Notes under the pieces: generated by a model
Seen by the model: the letters and a program-made list of their open reading frames with translations, nothing else
Told to the model about the DNA's origin: nothing
Database searches by the model: none
Program-made: the position numbers and the translations under genes
Source: a bacterium
GTDB taxonomy: Bacteria; UBA10199; 2-02-FULL-50-16; JAJFLM01
Direction of reading: 5' to 3'
DNA length: 64,000 nucleotides
NCBI GenBank assembly: GCA_965216315.1
Contig: CBDCFN010000016.1
Coordinates: 1,504,001 to 1,568,000 of the forward strand
In this document: positions 1 to 12,000 of the stretch, one piece after another
How positions within the stretch are numbered: the first letter of the stretch is position 1
How the letters are laid out: every line of letters begins with the position of its first letter

Positions 1-3000
1 CCGAGCGCGAGGCAGCGGATCTCACCCTACAAGCCGGCATTGATGACAATACGAATCGCGTCTCGGCGGTTGAAACCCGTGCCACGGCCATTGAAGGCAA
101 TGTCACCGCCCTGCAAACTTCAGACGCACAACAGTCACTGGATATCTCTGCAAATAGAGTTAGCATTGATGACAATACGAATCGCATCTCTGTGACCGAA
201 GCTGTCAATAATGCTCAGGATGCTAGCATCACGACTAATACGGTCAACATAGCAGCTAATACAGGCGGTATTGCTGCTAACCGCCTTGATATCGACACCA
301 ATAAAGCACGCATTGATGCTAACGAAGCCGAACTTCAGACCAAAGTCGGCGTTGACGACACGATCACTGGTGGGGACCTCGAAGGCACCTATGGCGCGCC
401 GAAGATCCGCGCCAGCACCGAGATCACGATGAACGATGACCAATTCATTTGGAATGCCGGCACCCGCGGTACCGTGACGGTCGACGCCACCCAGAACCGA
501 ATTTCAACCGGTATCCGCGTTGAAGGCCCAAGTGACAGCACAACCAAATTCTTTGAGGCCCAAGACGCCGCCGATCCCGACAAACTGGCCTACATGGCTC
601 CGAATCTCTTGGTCGTAAAAGAAAAGGATGCAACAACCGGCGAGTTAGATGAAATCACCGTCACGGCAAGAAGACTTGCTAAAAGCACAACGGATGGCAA
701 CGGCAATATCCGTGAAGACTTCAGCCTCGAAAAAGACCGTTTGATCTATCGGGATCCTACCGGCGGCCTGCTCTCGGAATATCGTGCCGACGGAGCCAAG
801 GTCGGCTCCACCGGCCTGGAATTTGCTGATGGAACAGTCCTGACAACGGCCCCTCCGGATGCCGTAGCAGTCCAGGCAGGCGATGATGCCGTCCGCGCCG
901 AATTTGCGGCCGCTGATGTACAGCTACAGACCGGAATCGATGCCAACGCCAGTGCCATCGCCACCAACATTATCAACATCCAGTCCAACGCAACGGCTAT
1001 TGCCAGCAACGTAAACGAAATCAACATCAATAGGACCAATATTACCAACAACGCCTCTGAGATCCTCATCGTCAAAAGCGACGTCTCTGCCCTCGACGCA
1101 CGCGCAACCAGCTTGGAAACACGGGCGACGGCACTTGAAGCCGCGGATGTCACCTTTAATGCGCGGATCACCAACAACGAAGGCGATATTAACGTTCTGG
1201 ATACCCGCGTGGGCGCTACCGAAGCGTCTATTGTCGGACTGGATGCCCAAGTCACAACCAACGCATCTCGTATCACCGCCGTTGAGCTTGGCAAACTCGA
1301 CGCCGACTTTATCTTCCAAGGCGCCATTACAGGAACCGCGGACGCGACGACGATTACCGCCGGCGCGGTGACTCCGGACAAACTCGATGCGAGCGCCCGT
1401 TATACCCATGGCGGACTTGATATCACGGATGGCAATACGACGACGACCGTGGATATCGATCGGGTCGAGATCCTACGGGGTCCGCAGACTGCTGCAATTA
1501 CCTTAGACGGCACAGCGAGAGAAATACGGCTACAAGCGGATGACGGACGTCGCAATATCGCTTCTGCCACCGCGATCGAATTAGTAGATGATCAAGGGGT
1601 CTCCGTTTTCAAGGTCGATGCCACCGCCAATCGTTTAGACATCGGCGCGGGATCCACCTCCGTCGCCCCGGTCATCGCCACCCTCCCCGGCGGCATCACC
1701 TACGGCGATACGAATCTCGATGGCACCATCGATTCCCCACTCGTCGATGAATTTGAAATGTTCTATACGGATCCCAATTCAGGTGCTCGTGTCCTTGCAC
1801 CGATTCGCGTCGGCTCCGCCAATGGTGACCTGGACCGTGCCGCCACCTTAAGAGATGTCCGCGCCGAAGTCGGACAAGGTGGCTTCGGTGATATCACCGG
1901 CGTCATCGCCGACACGGGACTCATCGGCGGCGGCCTTGTCGGCGACGTCACCCTCGCCCTCGATCAGGCCTTCCTGGATAATCGAATTAATACGGCCGTT
2001 GCGATTGAGAAAGCGGAACGGGAAACGGCTGACGCGACCCTGCAAGCCGGCATCGATAGCAATACCAACCGCGTCTCAGCGGTGGAAGTCCGTGCTACCG
2101 ACCTAGAAACGCGGGCCACGGCACTTGAAGCCGCGGATATCACCTTCGATGCGCGGATCACCAACAACGAAGGCGATATTAACGTTCTGGATACCCGCGT
2201 GGGCGCTAACGAAGCGTCTATCGTCGGACTGGATGCGGAAGTTACGGCCAATACGACCGCAATTGCCGGTCACGACACCATCATCACGGCGCATACAACC
2301 GACATCGCCAACCTGCAAGCGGCTGATACCGTTTTTGACACACGGATCTCGGCCAACGCCACCGGCGTCGCGGACAACACTGCTGCGATTGCCGGCAAAC
2401 TTGATCAAGTCCAAAGCAGCGCCCAAACCCTCGATCAAGGCGGCTTTGGATTTACGATACGAGGCGATCAGGCGCAAACCGTCTTGGATCCGAGCGGTCG
2501 ATTATCAATCGCTAACATCGGCTCCAGCGGCCAAGACGGTGTGAGTATCGATGTCACCCAGCTGGGCTCAGCATCCCTTGACATCGGTTCCAGCGGTCAG
2601 GACGGTGTCGATGCCTTCTTCCGGCTCTATGGCGACGGCAGCGAACTGTTCACTGTTGACGGCAATGCGGGTTTCCTCCGATTTGGCCAACGGCAAGGCG
2701 GCACGCCCCTCTTCGCTATTGATGTCACCAACGATCGCTTCACCGTCGGCGCCTCATCCCTGGAAATCGAGCCTCCCCTCGCCGTGTCGTCCATTAAAAT
2801 CACGCCGACGGACAGAAATGGTGACGGTAAAATTGACATTGCCGACCCCATCTTTTTCACGACGGACGACGGTACCGGCAATCAAGCAGCCACCGCCATT
2901 GCATTCGGTGCCCCGGCACTAGATGCGCAAGGCAACATCATCGGAGAAAGTGGTGTCAACTGGAGCAGCTTACAAACGGAACTCGATAGTCGTTTTGCCA

Positions 3001-6000
3001 ACTCGCCCTTTGTAACCGATACGGAATTACAAGCCGAAGTCACCGCCCGTCAAACTGAAGACGCCGCGATTCGTCAGGAATATGCCGATGCGGATACCTT
3101 GGTCAGGGCCGACTTTGCTACGGCTGATACTCTTATCCGGGCGGATTTCGCAGCTGCCGACGCTCAACTCCAGAGCGGCATCGACAGCAATACCAACCGC
3201 GTCTCCGCGGTTGAAGTCCGCGCTACCGACCTAGAAACACGAGCCACGGTGGTCGAAACGCGTAGCCTGGATAACGAAACACGCAGCTTGGCCAACGCAG
3301 ACAATATTCAGATCAACACGGACAATATCGCCGCCGCACGCAGCGATATCGATAAGAACATAACGGATATTGCTGCCAACGTGACCGCCATTGATTCCGT
3401 GAATACCAGCGTAGGAGCCCTCCAAACGACGGTCGGCGTCAATCAACAGAATATTGCGAACAACTCGACTAGCATTGCTGCAAACACAGACGCTATCACT
3501 ACAAATGCCACGGCTATTGCCACCAACGCGGCTGACATTGCCACCGTCCAATCGGGCACACTGGATTCCCTGGATGTCGCCCAAGGGAAAATGACTTACG
3601 ATTCGACCAACGATGTCCTGAAAGTACGGCGCCGCTTAGAAATCGCCGATGATCTCGACACGACGACTTATGCCTATGATAGTCTTGACCGTAGAATTCG
3701 CATCATCGGGAGCAGCGGACAAGATGGGGTTCGATTGGGGATAGGCTCCAGCGGCGAAGATGGCTTCTTGGAGACAAGTGACGCTAACAATAACCTCGCC
3801 AGCGTGACCGCGACGGCTATCGAGTTGAAAGACGCTCAGGGCCTTGCCGTCATCAAAATGGATGCTGCTTCCAACCGTTTGGATATCGGAGCCGGCTCGA
3901 CCTCCGTCGCCCCGGTCATCGCCACCCTGCCCGGTGGCATCACCTACGGCGATGGGAACCTAGACGGCACGATCGACACGCCGCTTATCGATGAATTTGA
4001 AATGTTTTACACAGATCCCAATTCAGGTGCTCGCGTCCTTGCACCGATTCGCGTCGGTTCCGCCAATGGTGACCTGGACCGTGCCGCCACCTTAAGAGAC
4101 GTCCGAGCCGAAGTCGGTGCCGGTGGCTTTGGCGACATTACCGGCGTCATCGCCGATACCGGACTCATCGGCGGCGGCCTCGTCGGCGACGTCACCCTCG
4201 CCCTCGATCAGGCCTTTTTGGATAACCGCATTAATACCGCCGTCGCGGTTGAAAAAGCGGAACGGGAAACGGAAGATACTGCCATTCGTGGTGAATTCGC
4301 CGCTGCAGACACCCAATTGCAAGCGGCTAGTGATGCCAATGCCACTGCCATCGCCGCAAACGTTGTCAACATCCAGTCTAATGCAACGGCTATTGCCACG
4401 AATGTAAATGATATCAGCTTAAATAGAACCGATATTACCAACAACACCTCCGAAATTCTCATCGTCAAAGGCGACATAAGCACGGCACAAAGTGATATAT
4501 CGGCCCTGCAGGCGGCTGATATTACCTTTGACTCGCGCCTCGGCACTGCCGAAACATCGATCGTCGGACTCGATTCACGGATGACTCTCGCCGAGAACGG
4601 CATCACCACTAATTCAGGTGCGATAACTGACCTCCAAGGTCAGGTCACTTCCGGTATATCGGACTCTCTCGATGTCGCCCAAGGGAAAATGACTTACGAT
4701 TCGACCAACGATGTCCTGAAAGTACGGCGCCGTTTAGAAATCGCCGATGATCTCAACACGGTCACTTACGCCTACGACAGCCTGGATCGTCGTTCCGTCT
4801 ATCTTGATGCCACCGGCAACGACACCGTGACCATTGACGGCGCGAACAAAGAAGTCCGGCTCAAAAACGAAGACGGCAAGATCAGCATCGCCGATCCGAT
4901 CACCCTGACCTACAATGATGAGCTGGGCAATCTCAGCGCCAGATATGGGGCTGCCGGCATTGCCATTCCCAGTTTACTCACCGCCGACAAGGCAACCGGT
5001 ATCTTTGAGATAGCCCTGCCGGCATATAGCATCAACACCGGAGCGACAGGCGCCAACGACCCGGCGATTCGCAAAGGAATCGATATTGAATTGGGAACTG
5101 ATGGCAAGGCCCGCCTCCAATACGACGGAACCACTTTAGATGAAAACGGTGCGCCGGTCTCATTAGATGGTACCTTCGGGTTTGTTCGCGAAGATGCCCA
5201 AGGAAATAATTCCCTCGTCTCGATTGCCGTCGTTGGTGGAACATTACAGCATCATGCCGTCAACAAGGCCCAACTCGATGCCGTCGCGGCAGGTTCCGTT
5301 ACCCAGAGTGAATTGGATGCCGCCGTCGCTGTCGAAACCACAGCCCGCACATCCGAAGACGCGGCCATTCGCCAAGAGTACGCGGATGCCGATACGCTCG
5401 TCCGGGCGGATTTCGCAGCTGCCGACGCTCAACTCCAGAGCGGCATCGACAACAATACAACCCGCGTCTCCGCGGTTGAAGTCCGTGCCACCGACCTGGA
5501 AGCGCGGGCCACGGCTCTGGAAGCTACCGATGTCGGATTCAACACGCGCATCACGGCAAATGAGGGCGCCATTGCGACGAATGCAACGAATATAGCTGGT
5601 CATGATACCCTTATTACCGCGAACACCGATGCCATTGCCGCCCTCGACTCCAACGTCACGACCGACGTCCTGACCGCCAGGACCAGCCTCGATGTCGCCA
5701 GCGGCGAGATGAATTACGCCAATGGTCGGCTTTTCGTCGGCGGCACCAGCGCCTTCGTCGGCGACTACGAATATAACATTACGGATAAACTGGTCCGCAG
5801 CACCGATTGGGACATTAATCATGAAAGTGTGACCGGCAACGTGCGTATAGCGGGCGGCAACATTGAAATCAGCGGTACTGACGGTAGCAACAAAGCCTCG
5901 GCTACCGCAATCGAACTACAAGACGCTCAGGGCCTTGCCGTCATCAAAATAGATGCTGCTTCCAACCGTTTGGATATCGGAGCCGGCTCGACCTCCGTCG

Positions 6001-9000
6001 CCCCGGTCATCGCCACCCTGCCCGGTGGCATCACCTACGGCGATGGGAACCTAGACGGCACGATCGACACGCCGCTTATCGATGAATTTGAAATGTTTTA
6101 CACAGATCCCAATTCAGGTGCTCGCGTCCTTGCACCGATTCGCGTCGGTTCCGCCAATGGTGACCTGGACCGTGCCGCCACCTTAAGAGACGTCCGAGCC
6201 GAAGTCGGTGCCGGTGGCTTTGGCGACATTACCGGCGTCATCGCCGATACCGGACTCATCGGCGGCGGCCTCGTCGGCGACGTCACCCTCGCCCTCGATC
6301 AGGCCTTTTTGGATAACCGCATTAATACCGCCGTCGCGGTTGAAAAAGCGGAACGGGAAACGGCTGACGCGAACCTGCAGGCCGGCATCGATAGCAATAC
6401 AACCCGCGTCTCCGCGGTTGAAGTCCGTGCTACCGACTTAGAAACGCGAGCCACGGTGGTCGAAACGCGTAGCCTGGATAACGAAACACGCAGCTTGGCC
6501 AACGCAGACAATATTCAGATCAACACGGACAATATCGCCGCCGCACGCAGCGATATCGATAAGAACATAACGGATATTGCTGCCAACGTGACCGCCATTG
6601 CCAATAATACAACGGCGATCAATACAAATTCTCAAGACATCGGCACAGCTAACCAAAGAATTGACTCCAACGAAAATTTGATCGTCGGACTTGATTCACG
6701 GATGACTCTCGCCGAGAACGGCATAACTGCCAATGCAGGTGCGATCACTGCCCTCCAAGGTGAGGTCACTTCCGGTATATCGGACTCTCTCGATGTCGCC
6801 CAAGGGAAAATGACCTACGATTCGACCAACGATGTCCTGAAAGTACGGCGCCGTTTAGAAATCGCCGATGATCTCAACACGGTCACTTACGCCTACGACA
6901 GCCTGGATCGCCGTGTCCGCATCGTCAATCCCAGAGGGACTGATTCCATCACTTTAGACGGTATCAATAATCAGATGTCTCTGGCCGCCGATGACGGCAG
7001 CCGCGGTATCGTTATCCCGCAATTCCTCCAGTTCCTAGATGCACAGGGAAATATCAACGCGGAATATGGAGCCAACCGCATCGCTATTCCCAGTTTATTG
7101 ACGGCCGATATCGCCAACGGCGGGGCCGTCCAGATTGCGATTCCAAAATTGGAATTGGCAACCGCTTCCCAAGTCCGCTCCGTTGACTTCATCTGGAAAG
7201 ATCTCGACAGCAGCCTGGATATCATGACTCGCGATGACCTGGGCAATGATGTCTACGCCAAAATCCGCGTCGCCAGTGACGCTAATGACCCCAATTCCGT
7301 CGTCAACGTCGCTCTCCTGGATACTCGGGTTCCGCCCAATGCCAACTTCGTGACGGACACTGAACTCCAGGCCGAAACTGATGCCCGTACCGCCGCTGAC
7401 ACTACCTTACAAGCCAACATCGATACCGAAGCGTCAACGCGCAGCTCGGAAGACGCAAGGATCGAGGCGGGTTACATAGCCGCTGACACCACGATCAGCG
7501 CCAGTGTCACCTCTGGCGATGACGCTGTTCGCAGTGAGTTCCAAGCTGCCGACACCACAATCAGCGCTAGCATCGCCTCGGGCGATGACGATGTCCGCGG
7601 TGAGTTTGCCGCGGAAGACACCGCGATTCGCCAAGAATTTGCAACCGCTGACACCCTCGTCCGCGCCGACATTGCCTCAGGCGATGATGCTGTCCGCGGT
7701 GAGTTCCAAGCCGCCGACGCTCTTGATGTCAAGATTACAACCGGCGCCATGGACGATTTAGACCTTGCCGGCATATTCACTTACGACGAAAACAACCAAA
7801 ACATTGTCGGCCTCGGCTCCTACATTGCCAATGACGGCCTCGGCAACCAGAGCCGTGTATCGGCCACTGCTATCGAATCTTCAGCCGCTAACGGCAGCCG
7901 CGGCATCGTTATCCCGCAGTTCTTGAAGTTTGAAGATGCCCAAGGCAATCTTAACGCCGAGTACGGCTACAACGGCATCGCCATTCCCAGCCTCCTGACG
8001 GCTAATGTCGACAACGGTGGCGCCGTTCAGATCGCGATTCCAAAATTGGAATTGGCAACCGCTTCCCAAGTCCGCTCCGTTGACTTCATATGGAAAGATC
8101 TCGACAGCAGCCTGGATATCATGACTCGCGATGACCTGGGTAATGATGTCTACGCCAAAATCCGCGTCGCCAGCGACGAGAATGACCTGAACTCGGCTGT
8201 TAGCGTCTCTCTACTCAATACACGCGTTCCTCCGGGAGCGAATTTCGTGACGGACATCGAACTCCAGGCCGAAACTGATGCCCGTACCGCCGCTGACGCG
8301 ACCTTACAAGCCAACATCGATACCGAAGCGTCAACGCGCACCTCGGAAGATGCAAGGATCGAGGCGGGTTACATCGCCGCCGATGCCACCATCAATACGC
8401 GCATCGACACCGAAGTAAATACCCTGAATCAAGAGAATGAAGCGCAGGATGCCGTGATCATTCAAGGCGATCAAACTGTCCTTGCGGCTGCCAATGACTA
8501 CACCGATACGCAGGTGTCCACTGAAACCGCGGCGCGAATTGCTGCTGATTTAGATGTAGTAACAAACTCACTCGATGTCGCCGGCGGTGAACTGAACTAT
8601 GCTAATAGCCGACTCTCAGTAGGTGGAACTAGTGCCTTCATTGGCGATTACGAATACGACATTACGAATAAACTGGTCCGCAGCACCGATTGGGACATTA
8701 ATCATGAAAGTGTGACCGGCAACGTGCGTATAGCGGGCGGCAACATTGAAATCAGCGGTACTGACGGTAGTAACAAAGCCTCGGCTACCGCAATCGAACT
8801 ACAAGACGCTCAGGGCCTTGCCGTCATCAAAATAGATGCTGCTTCCAACCGTTTGGATATCGGAGCCGGCTCGACCTCCGTCGCCCCGGTCATCGCCACC
8901 CTGCCCGGTGGCATCACCTACGGCGATGCGGATCTCGACGGCACCATCGATTCCCCACTCGTCGATGAATTTGAACTGTTCCGTCAGGACCCGACGACGG

Positions 9001-12000
9001 GTGCCCGGACGCTCACTAACATCCGTATCGCAGCGCCTACCGTCGATGACCATGCGGCTACCAAGGCCTATGTTGACGGCATTCGTGGCATCCAAAACAT
9101 CGATGCCGTCGCACCCGTCATCGCCACGACTAATGGCAATGACGTCACCGTCTCACTGGATATCGACAACATTTCCCTGAACGCTCCCAACGGCAAGCTC
9201 CAAGTCGCACCCTTTGGCATCACCAATGCTTTAATAGCCGCCAGCGCCGTTACGAACGAGAAACTCAGCATAGCCCTGCAAGCCGAAGTTGCGCAAATCG
9301 CCGTGAACAAGGCCGATATTGCGACGAACCTGGCCAGCACGAATGCCAACGCTCTAGCGATTGCCGGCAACGATACGGACATTGCGGCTAACACCAGCGA
9401 AATAACCATCAACCGCAGTAGTATCCTGGCCAATACGGATAGCATCAATACAAATTCTCAAGATATCGGCACGGCTAACCAAAGAATTGACTCCAACGAA
9501 AATTTGATCGTCGGACTTGATTCACGGATGACTCTCGCCGAGAACGGCATCGCCTCCAACGATGCTGATATTGCTACCCTAAATACCAGTCAAGCCTCTC
9601 AAGATGTGACGATTGGCACCAATAGCCAGAATATTGCGAACAACTCGACTAGCATTGCTGCCAACACTGATAGCATCAATACCCTGACGACGGACCTCGA
9701 CCGTAAAGTGAATGTCACCGACGGCGTGATGGACACCATCGCGGTGGGAGGTGATCACTTAACCCACGATGCTGCAAATCGGATCTTCAATTTCGCTGAT
9801 GCAACCGGTGCTGTCGGTGTAAGCATCGATGGTTCACAAGGGTTCTTCAGGGCGGACGACTTCGCCTTGGGTGCCAACGGCCTTCTGTCCTATGATGAGA
9901 ACAATAACCGGATTGATCTGAGTGCACAAGGTGCCGCAGAGTACCTTGAGGTCTCGACGGGATCCAATGCCGGCACCGTCGGCGCGCGATTCGTTTCTGG
10001 CGGAAACACTGCGGACGTTGCTGCCAATCAAATCTGTATCAAAGCAGGTAGTGGAGGCGATGCATGTGGTAGCAATGTCCATACGCGCATATCACCATCG
10101 CAGTTTTACGTTCAAAATAATTTCGGCAATCAAGTGGATCTGCTTACGGTGAATAGTGGAGGCGTCATCCGATTCAACGTGAATAATCTCGGCGACGCGA
10201 CCGTCAGCAACGAGTTGATCACGGGCGGCGGCGTCCGTTTCGCGGACGGTACGGTGCAGACAACAGCTGCGACCGGCGATGTCACCCAGGCCGACCTCAC
10301 TGCGGCGGTCGGTGCTGAAACGACGGCACGGCAGACTGAAGACGCGGCCATTCGCCAAGAATTCGCGGATGCCGATACCCTCGTCCGTGCCGATTTTGCT
10401 ACGGCCGACACTTTGATCCGAACCGATGTCGATGCGAATAAAGTTCGCATCGATGCGAACGAACTCGCTATCGCAACCAAGATTAGCGCGACGGACACCA
10501 TCACTGCGGGTTCCCTCGAGGGCACTTATGCGGCCCCGACGGTCCGTGCTGCGGCCATCGGCACCAATGAACTGGATGCCTCGCAGGGTTTCTTCATGGC
10601 CGGCCTGGAAGTCTCCGATATCGCTTCGGCCAGCAAAGTCACCCTGTCACCGAGCGAAGCCACGATCGAACTAGGAGTGACCAAAGCGGGCTTCATCGTC
10701 GGCGCCGGCAGCGCACAGGCCTCCTTCACCGACGGCACGAATGATTCTGTGACCATTGACGCCAAACGCGTCGTCGCCGGCGGCAGCGTGACCAAGGCCA
10801 CCTTAGACTCGGCCTCAGGAACGGCCACCTTTGAGGACGGTTCCGGCATTGGGCCCGAACAGCCCTACGCCGAGATCGGCGCCAACAAACTCGAGATCAC
10901 CAGCACAGACCCGCAGTCCCTCTTCACGGAAGGAATCGTGCGCCTGGATGCCAAGAGAATGCTGATGGCGCGCAATTATGACGGCATCAACAGTGCGACG
11001 GCGATCGAGCTCAGCGCGGATGGCATGACGGGTATCAAGTTGCAAGGCCAAATTGAGACCGCGGCGATTGATGTTTCCAGTGTGACCGATTTAGCCGGAG
11101 CACCCGGGGTCGGCATGATCTACGGAGATACCAACATCACGGTGGGCACGGGCAACAACGAACGCACCTTCCTGGCCACGGAGCTCGCTTCAACCGGTTC
11201 CACGATCAGCACGGCCGAACTCGAAGATGGCGCCGTTACGGCTGCCAAGGTCGATGCCACCACCGTCGCAACCCGTGCCCAATTGACAACTGAATTAGAT
11301 GTTGAGCGGGCTCGCATCACGACCAATGAGGATACGAATGCCACTCAACAGACCAGTATCAATGCCAACACGGCAACGGCTTCTGCCAACGCATCTCTCA
11401 TTGTGGTCCACGACGGTCGCCTCACGACGAATGAAGCCGGCATCTTGGCCAACGCCAGCACGGGTTCCACCAACGCGACCAATATCGCGACGAACACGGC
11501 TGTCAGCGCTGATAACAGTTTACGGCTCGATACCGCTGAACCGGCGATCACGGCGAATACAACAGCCACGGCGACGAACGCCAGCGCCATCACTACCCTC
11601 GACGGGACCGTCACAACAAACACAAGTAATATCGCTACGAACGTGAGCGACATTAGCCGCAATGCGACGGATATCAGCACTAATACAGGCAATATCACGG
11701 CAAACACCGCAGCATTGGGCAATAAAGTCAACACCCTGGACGGCATCATGACCCAAGCCAACATCGCCAGTGGCACGCTGTCCGTTACTGCCGATAGAGT
11801 GGCCTATGGCCCCTCGACTTTTATGGAAGCCGGCAATCTCCAAATCAGGACCTCAACCAGTGACCTGGTGATTGACGACGGCACGAACACCGCGAGCCTG
11901 GCCGTCGGTGAGATAAACCTCTCGACCGGAACAGCGACTCCGACCAACATCCGCCTGAGCAGCAACTTCGGTGATTTGGACATCACACGTGGCACCGACA

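Noticed and set aside
1563..11010. Repeated SATAIE motif resembling the Flp pilin GATAIEY site
   Set aside because: Lacks the Gly at -1, the Tyr and the following hydrophobic helix; it is an internal repeat strand.
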